The notes beneath the pieces are model-generated. The model was given only the letters and a program-made list of their open reading frames with translations. It made no database searches and was not told the DNA's origin. Below are positions 17,815-26,178 of a stretch of DNA of 64,000 nucleotides, piece after piece. Made by a program: the position numbers and the translations under genes. Source of the stretch: a virus; IMG/VR virus record IMGVR_UViG_3300031669_008155, one strand, 5' to 3'. Position 1 is the first letter of the stretch. Each line of letters starts with the position of its first letter.

Positions 17815-19010
17815 TCCCGTATCAAGGAAAATATGGAAAAGCTTCTGTAATGCTTAACGAACTAAACGATCAGAATACTATTAGTCAGATATATGAATTT
17901 TTAAATCATCCAGCATTTACAAATCCAATTGCTATCATGCCAGATTGTCATTATGGAAAGGGTGCTGTAATTGGATTTACAATGGAAATGACTGATATGA
18001 TTATTCCAAATATAGTCGGGGTCGATATTAATTGTGGTATGCTTTCTCTATTTCTTGGACCCAATGCTTTAGAAAAATTAACTATCGAACAAATTGATCA
18101 GAAAATAAGACAAAAGATTCCCTTATCAAAACATGTCCATCAAGAAGTAACATTATCTCATCATATGCTAGACAATTATTTTTGGAAACATGCAAGCTAT
18201 AATCACAAACATTTTACCTTACAATATAATAAACGATATGGAACCAAATATGATCCATTTAAATTTGATATTGATTGGTTTGAAGATAAATGCAAACAAA
18301 TCAAAATGGATTTTACAAGAGCTTTATCATCTATTGGAACCTTGGGAGGCGGAAACCATTTTTTAGAACTGGGTAAATTAGTCAATCGAAAAGAATACCT
18401 TTTCACAATCCATTCAGGATCAAGACAATTTGGATTGAAAGTTTGTGATTACTGGCAACGAAAAGCTGGAAAAGGTCATTTAGCATATTTGACCGGAGAT
18501 GATATGTTTGGTTATCTTACAGATATGGTATTTACCCAAATATATGCACAAACAAATAGAGAAGCAATGGCAACGATCATTGAACGTATTTTTGATATTC
18601 AATCTTATAAGACGATTGAAACATGCCATAACTTTATAAGTATTCAAGATTTTATTATTCGCAAAGGTGCAATAGCTTCTTATAAGGAACATCAGATGAT
18701 CATTCCATTAAACATGGAAGATGGTTTATTAATATGTGAAGGAAAATCAAATCCAGAATGGAATTATTCAGCTCCCCACGGAGCAGGAAGAATTAGTTCA
18801 AGATCTAGTATTAAAAGAAAAATGAAAGAAAAATCATCCGCTGAAATTGTTCAAGAACGAATGAAAGAGAAAGGAATATACATATCAGTAGTTCCATTGG
18901 ATGAAACAAAAGAAGCATATAAAGATCCAAAACTAATTGAAGATACTATTGACCCAACTGCATCAATTATTGATCGTGTAATGCCTGTGCTCAATATTAA
19001 AGCAATTTAA
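17811..19010 (+). CDS. rtcB: RNA 3'-phosphate/5'-OH ligase RtcB
   Basis: MPDCH.GKG, VGVDINCG, GTLGGGNHFLE, HSGSR.FG, HN, RKGA, IIPLNM, SAPHGAGR. Confidence 0.95.
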   Translation: MIPYQGKYGKASVMLNELNDQNTISQIYEFLNHPAFTNPIAIMPDCHYGKGAVIGFTMEMTDMIIPNIVGVDINCGMLSLFLGPNALEKLTIEQIDQKIRQKIPLSKHVHQEVTLSHHMLDNYFWKHASYNHKHFTLQYNKRYGTKYDPFKFDIDWFEDKCKQIKMDFTRALSSIGTLGGGNHFLELGKLVNRKEYLFTIHSGSRQFGLKVCDYWQRKAGKGHLAYLTGDDMFGYLTDMVFTQIYAQTNREAMATIIERIFDIQSYKTIETCHNFISIQDFIIRKGAIASYKEHQMIIPLNMEDGLLICEGKSNPEWNYSAPHGAGRISSRSSIKRKMKEKSSAEIVQERMKEKGIYISVVPLDETKEAYKDPKLIEDTIDPTASIIDRVMPVLNIKAI

Positions 19011-19457
19011 TTGAATGTTAAATCGAAAGGAGATAACCATTCATTGGATATAGATGGTTTTAAAAAATATATTCATACGGGAAGATCGTATATACCCAAA
19101 GTAACTATTAGAAAAAATGGAGTACTCGCTTTCAATAGTGGTGCTGTTCAAAAGTATGATCTATATGCATATAAATATGCTATACTTTATATCTCGGATG
19201 ATAGGAATAGAATAGCAGTCAGATTTACAAATAGTGAAAAGGAATCTGGTATTCTTCAAATACAAAGTAGACCAGGAAATTTTCAAATATCTGCTAGAAC
19301 CTTTTTTGGTCTATATGATATTGATTGGTCTGAAAATCGTAACTATGATTTCCTATGGAATGAAAGAGATAAAACAGCAATTTTAAAAGTAAAGGACTCA
19401 AAACCAGAAATTATTAAACAACAAAGAGAGACTCTTCTTGCTATTAAGAACAAATAA
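19011..19457 (+). CDS. Hypothetical protein
   Basis: 148-aa ORF directly after rtcB; start uncertain. Confidence 0.6.
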   Translation: MNVKSKGDNHSLDIDGFKKYIHTGRSYIPKVTIRKNGVLAFNSGAVQKYDLYAYKYAILYISDDRNRIAVRFTNSEKESGILQIQSRPGNFQISARTFFGLYDIDWSENRNYDFLWNERDKTAILKVKDSKPEIIKQQRETLLAIKNK

Positions 19458-19486
19458 CAAATTTGCTTATACAAAGGAGAATAGCT

Positions 19487-19624
19487 ATGAATGATAAAGC
19501 TGTAAATCTAATTCATTAGGTTTACACCAATCCACCGTAGAGTTGTAGAGGTCCCCCCAGTTGTTTTCATTCAAATAATAACTTTAACTTTGAACTGAAA
19601 ACAAAAAGGGGAATAAAACAATGA
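19487..19624 (+). promoter_or_regulatory. Putative leader peptide/attenuator with two in-frame TAG codons and RGPP motif
   Basis: AAGGAG SD; MNDKAVNLIH*VYTNPP*SCRGPPSCFHSNNNFNFELKTKRGIKQ-TGA, with TGA overlapping ATG 19621. Hairpin 19555-19611 pairs with the downstream SD. Confidence 0.6.
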
Positions 19625-19992
19625 CACGAAAAGAATTGAAGAATAAAATAAAAGAAGAACAAAAATTATTAGCAATCAAAATTAAAAGAGGAAAGTTTCT
19701 TAATAAACCTAGTCATAGAGAAAATATGACTGAGGAAGAAAAAGAATTCTATATCTCAATTTATGATGGAATATCACATTTCAAAGATTGGAAAGTTGGA
19801 CAATTAAGTCATGAGTATCGTCATAAACATATCATCTATTGTCAAATGTTTAACAATACTCCTTATGAAAAAATTGAACACCCAAGAGTCAGTAATAAAC
19901 CCACTCCCCAACATCTAAAACTTTATAAAGAACGATGGGAAGTGATACTTTGGGAAGCACAACGTGATGAAGCTTTACATAATAATACGTAA
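19621..19992 (+). CDS. Hypothetical protein upstream of PTH2-like gene
   Basis: 123 aa; LSHEYRHKHIIYC...TPYEKIE. Confidence 0.7.
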   Translation: MTRKELKNKIKEEQKLLAIKIKRGKFLNKPSHRENMTEEEKEFYISIYDGISHFKDWKVGQLSHEYRHKHIIYCQMFNNTPYEKIEHPRVSNKPTPQHLKLYKERWEVILWEAQRDEALHNNT

Positions 19993-20257
19993 AGATTTAT
20001 CAATTTCACAAAGGGCAGTGCAGGCAGGACATGCTGTAGCGGAGTTTTGTCTGCGCGGTCCTATCTCGAGTTGGTCTAATGGAACTCTAATCTACTTGGG
20101 GGTTAGAAACTTAAATCAACTTGAAAAATTAATGTATCAACTTAATAATGAAAATATTAGATATATCGAATTTCGTGAACCTGACTTATATAATCAAGTA
20201 ACAGCAATAGCAACTGATCAACACTGTGAAATTTTTGAAAGGATAAGATTATTATGA
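19964..20257 (+). CDS. Peptidyl-tRNA hydrolase PTH2-like protein
   Basis: LYIIIRKDLS...AVQAGHAVAEF and FREPDL.NQVTAIA; the usual GK is replaced by QR. Confidence 0.65.
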   Translation: MMKLYIIIRKDLSISQRAVQAGHAVAEFCLRGPISSWSNGTLIYLGVRNLNQLEKLMYQLNNENIRYIEFREPDLYNQVTAIATDQHCEIFERIRLL

Positions 20258-20532
20258 TTAAACTTGGAGAAAAAAGAATCAATCCTAACAATATAATTAA
20301 ATATTATCCAGAACTAGAAAACTCTATTAAATTTGAATTAGTTAATGGCAAATCTGAAAGTATCTTTTTTAGACATCAGCAAGAACGAGATGAAATGTTA
20401 AAAATGCTAGATGATTATCTGGTATTTTTTGACAACGGAATACTGAAGGGAATACGAGATCAAAATTTGCCATCATTTATTATTAATGATACAGACAAAG
20501 GATACGGTCCAGGCGGAATACCAATGCAATAA
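20254..20532 (+). CDS. Hypothetical protein
   Basis: ATGA-coupled to the PTH2-like gene. Confidence 0.6.
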   Translation: MIKLGEKRINPNNIIKYYPELENSIKFELVNGKSESIFFRHQQERDEMLKMLDDYLVFFDNGILKGIRDQNLPSFIINDTDKGYGPGGIPMQ

Positions 20533-20540
20533 AATTTAGT

Positions 20541-20618
20541 GGTCCAGTAGCTCCAGTGGTTAGAGCAGGAAACTCTAAATTTCCGTTTGCGAGGGTTCGA
20601 ATCCCTCCTGGACCACCA
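20541..20618 (+). tRNA. Amber suppressor tRNA (anticodon CTA)
   Basis: GGTCCAG/CTGGACC acceptor, GCTC/GAGC D stem, GGAAA-CTCTAAA-TTTCC anticodon arm, GAGGG-TTCGAAT-CCCTC T arm, ACCA. Confidence 0.92.
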
Positions 20619-20639
20619 AAGTAAAAGAAAGGATATAGA

Positions 20640-20846
20640 ATGCAAACAATAAAGTGTATTAGCGATTATTCTATAGAAGCAGAGGGGACAATAAAATTTG
20701 GAACAATTTTAACTGAAATGCCTGAATCTGACACGGGATTTGCTCAATATAGAAATGAGAAAGGAGAAATATTCTATTTCGATGCTGAAGAAATTATGTT
20801 TTCTGATGAATTCTCGCAATCATTTAGATTAATTTCAAATGAATAA
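20640..20846 (+). CDS. Hypothetical protein
   Basis: AAAGGA SD. Confidence 0.55.
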   Translation: MQTIKCISDYSIEAEGTIKFGTILTEMPESDTGFAQYRNEKGEIFYFDAEEIMFSDEFSQSFRLISNE

Positions 20847-20873
20847 TCATGTGTCAGTATCGAAAGGATAACA

Positions 20874-21119
20874 ATGATAACTCAAGTGATTGGAAAAGGA
20901 ACAACAATATTAGATCAACAAGAATTTGATGAAATTCCAACATTAATTGCTAATGAACTTCCAAATGCTGATATGTATCCTACTATATTACAATTTAAAA
21001 TGATTGGCATGGATGGAAATTGGCTCTTATTTGATATTATTCATGTAAACGGAAAGGATGAAATTCAACAAGGTATTAATATATTTGCTACCAAAATTCA
21101 AGTTGAAACAGATGATTAG
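20874..21119 (+). CDS. Hypothetical protein
   Basis: AAAGGA SD. Confidence 0.55.
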   Translation: MITQVIGKGTTILDQQEFDEIPTLIANELPNADMYPTILQFKMIGMDGNWLLFDIIHVNGKDEIQQGINIFATKIQVETDD

Positions 21120-21136
21120 AAAGGATAAAAAAAATA

Positions 21137-21328
21137 ATGTCAGCAACTGTTAAACAGGATGAATCTAAATTAGTTTTCTGTTCATTCTGTTCTAAAAGCA
21201 ATCAAATGATATATATTTATTGTGGTGAAACCGCTTCAATTTGTGACGAATGTTTGAATATAGTAAATCAGATAAAGATTATGCGTGACAAGAATGTTAT
21301 CAAATTTATTGGAAAAATCCCAGAATGA
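21137..21328 (+). CDS. ClpX C4-type zinc-finger protein
   Basis: CSFCSKS...I.CG...SICDECL. Confidence 0.7.
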   Translation: MSATVKQDESKLVFCSFCSKSNQMIYIYCGETASICDECLNIVNQIKIMRDKNVIKFIGKIPE

Positions 21329-21405
21329 TCCTGTAGTCCAAATAGGCATAAGGATATGAGACTTTCAATCTCAACACGAGGGTTCGAGTCCCTCCAGGAT
21401 CACCA
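21327..21405 (+). tRNA. tRNA-Glu(TTC)
   Basis: TGAGA-CTTTCAA-TCTCA; CCA. Confidence 0.92.
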
Positions 21406-21426
21406 ACTTTAAGAAAGGATAAAATC

Positions 21427-21693
21427 ATGCCATTTTTTGTTTTAAGACTTATTCTTGTTCTTGGATCTATAGTTGGAGGAGTTTTTGGATTTAAAAAATT
21501 AACTGAAATTGCTGAAAAAAAATACTTCAATAATGGAAGCTGTAAGAAATGCGGTGGGCACTTTAAAATAATTGAAGGGGATGTTGGTAATGATCCAAAA
21601 GGATACAAATGCGATGTCTGTGATAATTGTGTTTGGATTTCTTATGGTTCAGATATAGGATATAAATACACACCAAGCAAACATTCTCAATAA
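21427..21693 (+). CDS. Membrane-anchored zinc-ribbon protein
   Basis: N-terminal TM; CKKC...CDVC. Confidence 0.6.
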   Translation: MPFFVLRLILVLGSIVGGVFGFKKLTEIAEKKYFNNGSCKKCGGHFKIIEGDVGNDPKGYKCDVCDNCVWISYGSDIGYKYTPSKHSQ

Positions 21694-21698
21694 CAATT

Positions 21699-21804
21699 TG
21701 GTTTGTAGTCCAGATCCTGACCAGTGAAGGACGACGTTTCCAAGGGTGAAATTAATCGAAACAGGTCGGGTTGGTCCCCTTCAATGTCGTGATAAAGTAA
21801 CCCA
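21699..21804 (+). ncRNA. Unassigned GC-rich structured element
   Basis: CCAGATCCTGACC/GGTCGGGTTGG, GTTTC/GAAAC and GAAGG/CCTTC pairings (possible pseudoknot). Confidence 0.4.
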
Positions 21805-21874
21805 AAAACATACTATACGTATAAGGAAAAATTATATAATGATTAAAATAAAAAATCGACAATAGGAGAAAATT

Positions 21875-23248
21875 ATGTTCATCCCCAACAACATAAATCT
21901 TCTATATATAGAAGATGATGAGGAAAATGCAAATCTTATTCTGTCATTTTTAAAATTATCTGAATATACAAAATTTAATACAACTCATAAAAGTACATTA
22001 GAACAAGGTTTAGACTATATTACAGATAACTGTATTTCTACTTGTAATAACACTTGTAAAACTCAAAATATTGAAAACTGTGGAACAGATGTTATTTTAT
22101 TAGATCTAGTTTTACAAAATAGTCGAGGAGTTGATACATATAAATCAGTTTTAGAAAAATGCCCCTGTATTCCAATTGTTATCATATCTGGATATGAACA
22201 AATGGCATATGAATGTGTTAAACTAGGAGCTCAAGACTATTTAGTAAAACCCCATATTAATCCAGGTTTAATTATCAGATCATTGGTATATGCAATTGAA
22301 AGAAATAATCTAGAAAACTCAAAAATACAAGCTGAAAAGAAATTTAGAGAAGTTATTTATGCAACTCCAATTGGTTTTCATAATTATGAACTAAAAGAAG
22401 AAGATCTAATATTTATAGGTTATAATCCAGCAGCAGATCGAATACTAAAAATTGATCATAAACAATTATTAGGAAAAACAATTGATCAAGCATTTCCCTC
22501 TCTAACTAAAATGAAAATTCCTGAAAAATATAAAATAGTTGCAAAAACAGGCAAACCATGGGAATCACAAATTTTAGAATACGAAGACCATAATATTAAA
22601 AAAGCTTATTTTAAAATACATGCATTTAGAACATACCCTGGTTCTATAACCTCTTCATTTGAGGATATTACAGAGCAAATAATAGCAACAGAAAAACTAG
22701 AATATAGTGAAAAAAGATTTAGAAACCTAGTTGAAATAACAGGTGCAGGAATATATGAAATAGATCTCACTAATGGAAAATTTACTTATGTAAATCATGT
22801 TATGTGTAAACAAACTGGATATACTAAAGAAGAACTTTTTGAAATTGGACCTTCTGGACTTTTAACTCAAAAAAGCTATCTTGACTGGGTTGATAGATGG
22901 GAAAGATTTACTGATCCAGAATATATTAATGGAGGAGCTTATGATGGTCCATTTCAATATGAAGCTATTGCAAAAGATGGTTCTCATCTTTGGTCATTAG
23001 TTATAGCAGAATTTGTAATGGATAAAAATAAAAATATAACCAAAGCAAATGTTGTTGCTATTGATATAACGAAACAAAAATTAATAGAATCTCAATTAAA
23101 GAAAAAAGAAGATATTATATTCAATCAATTAGAAGATAAAATACATCAATGGAGGGATGAAATAACCGAAAGATCTTCAGTTGAATTTCAAAAATTAAAA
23201 GACATGGACAATAAAATAATATCCATTAGTAATCAAATTGTGGAGTAA
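21875..23248 (+). CDS. Response-regulator receiver plus two PAS domains
   Basis: YIEDD, ILLD, IISG and GAQDYLVKP receiver motifs; two PAS segments (YNPAA..IL; YVNHVMCKQTGYTKEEL); no output domain. Confidence 0.85.
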   Translation: MFIPNNINLLYIEDDEENANLILSFLKLSEYTKFNTTHKSTLEQGLDYITDNCISTCNNTCKTQNIENCGTDVILLDLVLQNSRGVDTYKSVLEKCPCIPIVIISGYEQMAYECVKLGAQDYLVKPHINPGLIIRSLVYAIERNNLENSKIQAEKKFREVIYATPIGFHNYELKEEDLIFIGYNPAADRILKIDHKQLLGKTIDQAFPSLTKMKIPEKYKIVAKTGKPWESQILEYEDHNIKKAYFKIHAFRTYPGSITSSFEDITEQIIATEKLEYSEKRFRNLVEITGAGIYEIDLTNGKFTYVNHVMCKQTGYTKEELFEIGPSGLLTQKSYLDWVDRWERFTDPEYINGGAYDGPFQYEAIAKDGSHLWSLVIAEFVMDKNKNITKANVVAIDITKQKLIESQLKKKEDIIFNQLEDKIHQWRDEITERSSVEFQKLKDMDNKIISISNQIVE

Positions 23249-23251
23249 CTT

Positions 23252-23779
23252 ATGCCAGAAAATATAGATCTGATGGTTAAATTATTTGATACTTTAAAGC
23301 AATCATCAGATAAAAATGAAGCAACTCTTCAAAAATTAATAGAGCAGCAACGATCTCTAATTGGTCATATAGAGTATCTACCGATTAAAGATTTACAGCA
23401 AGCTCTAAAAGAACACAATGCTCATTCATCCTCCGAAATTAACTCATGTACAGAAACTGTTAATACAACAACTAATAACATATTGGATAAAGTAAAGAAT
23501 ATCGAATCTAAAATAGCAAGGATGATTGTAGTTGTCCTTGTTGCATCTAGTGTTTTAGGACTTGCTTTTCTTGTAGGACGACTATCTCTTGATACAGGAT
23601 CATTAGAAAAAAAAATTGAAGATAGACAACAGGCAGAACACAAAGAAATAATTGATTCTGTTAGAAAATTAGTGCGTCAGGAATTTCAAACTATAGAAGA
23701 AAAAATAAATAAATTCCACAATTATGAAAAAAAAGAAAAAATTGAAGATACACACAATACAGAAAAAAAATTTAAATAA
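23252..23779 (+). CDS. Coiled-coil membrane protein
   Basis: Central TM segment. Confidence 0.65.
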   Translation: MPENIDLMVKLFDTLKQSSDKNEATLQKLIEQQRSLIGHIEYLPIKDLQQALKEHNAHSSSEINSCTETVNTTTNNILDKVKNIESKIARMIVVVLVASSVLGLAFLVGRLSLDTGSLEKKIEDRQQAEHKEIIDSVRKLVRQEFQTIEEKINKFHNYEKKEKIEDTHNTEKKFK

Positions 23780-23835
23780 AAAAAGAATTTAAATTAATAT
23801 ATGAATAATAATCTAACTAAAAGAAGGAGAGAAAA

Positions 23836-24114
23836 ATGAAAAATCTAATGCTATATTTTGAAAATCCATTAACCGTTCTCTATATTTTACTAATTTTTAA
23901 TTTAGTGGTTGCTGCGATAGTTATACTAGCTTCTAACTTTATAAGAAAAGCAATGAAAAATATTATTAAAGTTACCGAAGTACAATTTGATGCAAGCAAG
24001 CAGATGGAAAAATCATTTACAACAATGATGGAAGCAATGGTTAAAATGACAGAATTAAGAAAACAAATAATTCTTTCTACTGATGATGAAAAAACAAAAA
24101 AGATTTCTCAATAA
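23836..24114 (+). CDS. Small membrane protein
   Basis: AAGGAG SD; N-terminal TM. Confidence 0.6.
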   Translation: MKNLMLYFENPLTVLYILLIFNLVVAAIVILASNFIRKAMKNIIKVTEVQFDASKQMEKSFTTMMEAMVKMTELRKQIILSTDDEKTKKISQ

Positions 24115-24125
24115 AACCAAAATTT

Positions 24126-24199
24126 GGGGTGGGATCTGGTTATGATCAAAGAGGACTCCAAACCCTCTTATCAGAGTTCGATTCTCTGTCACCCTGCCA
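24126..24199 (+). tRNA. tRNA-Trp(CCA)
   Basis: CTCCAAA loop, G73, A31:C39 mismatch, compact D arm. Confidence 0.8.
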
Positions 24200-24230
24200 T
24201 TTTATAAAATTTCATAAATAGAACAAATAT

Positions 24231-24734
24231 TTGAAATATATAATCGAGGAGATGACTAGAATGAAATCTAAAAGTTTTCTTAAACTAATTTTAATTTTGA
24301 CATTTTTATTTTTTTCATTAAGCGCATATGCATGGGAGGAAATAGATTACCATTTGTACTATGGAGATACTTCAAAATTTATAACTGTTGCGTGGGGAGA
24401 TCCAAGAGTTACAACACCAGAGAATACAATGGATGATTATAATCCTGCAACTGATAGCTTTGAAATTTCAATTTTTAACAAAGAAAGAAATATAGAGCAA
24501 GTTGTAGCAACTAATATCCCTGGTAATGTATTTGAATATAGTTTCCGTGCACCTAAAACAGGACATTGGATTCCTAAAATAAGAGTAGTTAGATATGAAA
24601 TTGTAGATGGGGTAGAAGAAAATACAGTTACAGATTGGTCTGAATCAATTAACCCAGAAGTAGCAGAGGTCAATGGTCTTCCAAAAGCATGGTGGATATT
24701 TGCATGGATAGCACCAGTAGGACCAATTGAATAG
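24231..24734 (+). CDS. Secreted beta-rich protein
   Basis: Signal peptide ending AYA; start probably at the downstream ATG (MKSKSF). Confidence 0.65.
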   Translation: MKYIIEEMTRMKSKSFLKLILILTFLFFSLSAYAWEEIDYHLYYGDTSKFITVAWGDPRVTTPENTMDDYNPATDSFEISIFNKERNIEQVVATNIPGNVFEYSFRAPKTGHWIPKIRVVRYEIVDGVEENTVTDWSESINPEVAEVNGLPKAWWIFAWIAPVGPIE

Positions 24735-24864
24735 TGTTTAGTAGTACAGAAAATCGTGTAATAGAATATCAACAATAAATTTAAAAAATTGAATTCTCTA
24801 TAAAGAGAATCTCTTATAAAATTCTCTTTATAATATAAAGAGAGTTCGGTAGGAGGAATTTAAC

Positions 24865-25182
24865 ATGGCAAAATTAGTAGGATTAAAAATTAAATTTCAA
24901 GCTTCAGCTTCACCAGATGTTGTAACAAATAAACTGTATTATGTTGAAAGTCCAGCAGTTGTAGATTATGATTCACCATTTGTAGATGTAGGAAATGTCA
25001 AAGATGAGAGCGGTTTTGTAATTGTAGATCTTGCTCAATATCTTTCAGGTTTAGAAGGTCGATATAATATAGGTGTTGCTGCAGTTGATGATGCTGGTAA
25101 TGAAGCTGATATGTCTAAGGCAAATGACCTCCCTTTAAATTTCCTGGCGCCAGAAAGTGTTGGAGCTATCATCGTCCTGTAG
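24865..25182 (+). CDS. FN3-like domain protein
   Basis: ASASPDVV.NKLYY...YNIGVAAVDDAGNEAD pattern. Confidence 0.6.
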   Translation: MAKLVGLKIKFQASASPDVVTNKLYYVESPAVVDYDSPFVDVGNVKDESGFVIVDLAQYLSGLEGRYNIGVAAVDDAGNEADMSKANDLPLNFLAPESVGAIIVL

Positions 25183-25299
25183 ACATTTTTTGGTGCCTCA
25201 TAAGAGAGGCATTAGATGCTCTTGAACTTATGCAACAAGAAGCTGGTAAAAAAGCAAAAGATCTTGAAGAATAAGTTCTAGCATGTTTTATTCAATGAC

Positions 25300-25378
25300 G
25301 CCTGTGTGGTAGTAGGTGGTGAGCTACGCGAGACTGTCGATCTTGAGATAGCGGGTTCGATTCCCGTCATGGGCGCCA
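25300..25378 (+). tRNA. tRNA-Asp(GTC)
   Basis: CGAGA-CTGTCGA-TCTTG; G73. Confidence 0.9.
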
Positions 25379-25417
25379 AACAAAATTTTTAGAACAAAAA
25401 ATTCTATAAAATTAAAT

Positions 25418-25493
25418 GGGGGTGTAGCTCAGTTGGGAGAGCGCTGCTTTTGCACGGCAGAGGTCGCAGGTTCGATTCCTGTCACTTCCACCA
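25418..25493 (+). tRNA. tRNA-Ala(TGC)
   Basis: G3-U70; CTGCT-TTTGCAC-GGCAG. Confidence 0.95.
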
Positions 25494-25497
25494 ATAT

Positions 25498-25572
25498 GGG
25501 AGTGTAGCTCAATGGTAGAGCAATCAACTTATAATTGATAGAAGTGAGGTTCGATTCCTCTCGCTCCTACCA
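25498..25572 (+). tRNA. tRNA-Ile(TAT)
   Basis: ATCAA-CTTATAA-TTGAT; CCA. Confidence 0.88.
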
Positions 25573-25606
25573 ATTTAAACTGTGAAAATGTGAAGGAAGA
25601 AAAATT

Positions 25607-25771
25607 ATGATTTTTGGAATTGTAGGTGCAATAGTTATTCTTTATTTGTTATTTGGTTGTATAATGGCGTGGTATGAAAGTTCTCAAACAGATGACCAAT
25701 TTAAGTGGCAGTCAGTAATTTTATGGTTACCTAAAATGCTGGGAGTGAAAATTGGTGACGCAAGAAAATGA
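25607..25771 (+). CDS. Small membrane protein (54 aa, not in track)
   Basis: AAGGA SD; MIFGIVGAIVILYLLFGCIMAWYE... Confidence 0.5.
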   Translation: MIFGIVGAIVILYLLFGCIMAWYESSQTDDQFKWQSVILWLPKMLGVKIGDARK

Positions 25772-25785
25772 ATAGGTGAAACTCA

Positions 25786-26178
25786 ATGAGAAATCTTATG
25801 CAAGAAAGTCAAACAATTGAAAACCTAAAAATTATGCTAAAAGAACAAGATCTTGGAATGATCATTAAAAATGATTTCTTTAAAAATACTCTCGAATATC
25901 CAAATAAGAAAAATTTCAAGGTCAATAAAGTTTGTGAGCACTGTGGTTCATCATATACAGATAAAGAAGCATTTATTAAATATAAACAATCTAGAGATGA
26001 ATACCAGGCAGAAGAAAATAGACTATATTATTTATTTAGAGATTCTCTGTTTTTGAATCACAATATAGAAATAACAGACAAAGGAAAAGTAATGTTTGAG
26101 ATAGCATGGTCAAGGGGACATTCATCCGGACTATATGATGTATTTTTATGTTTTGAGGAAATGGTTGAAATATTATAA
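25786..26178 (+). CDS. Hypothetical protein
   Basis: CEHC motif; AWSRGHSSG. Confidence 0.65.
   Translation: MRNLMQESQTIENLKIMLKEQDLGMIIKNDFFKNTLEYPNKKNFKVNKVCEHCGSSYTDKEAFIKYKQSRDEYQAEENRLYYLFRDSLFLNHNIEITDKGKVMFEIAWSRGHSSGLYDVFLCFEEMVEIL

Noticed and set aside
20541-20618. tRNA-Pyl identity for the CUA tRNA
   Set aside because: It has a standard D loop with GG, a TTC loop, a 5-bp anticodon stem, a 6-nt variable region and A73. No pyl genes were seen.
10070-21608. Minus-strand ORFs 10070-10312, 14467-14844, 16151-16378, 20460-20645 and 21306-21608
   Set aside because: They are antisense shadows of tRNA genes (GFEPT, RIRT, QDSNL, RDSNP, GTRTL translations).
25128-25274. Protein-like open frame overlapping the FN3 gene end (…EALDALELMQQEAGKKAKDLEE)
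   Set aside because: There is no upstream start codon or SD in frame, and the stretch includes a terminator-like GCCTC/GAGGC hairpin.
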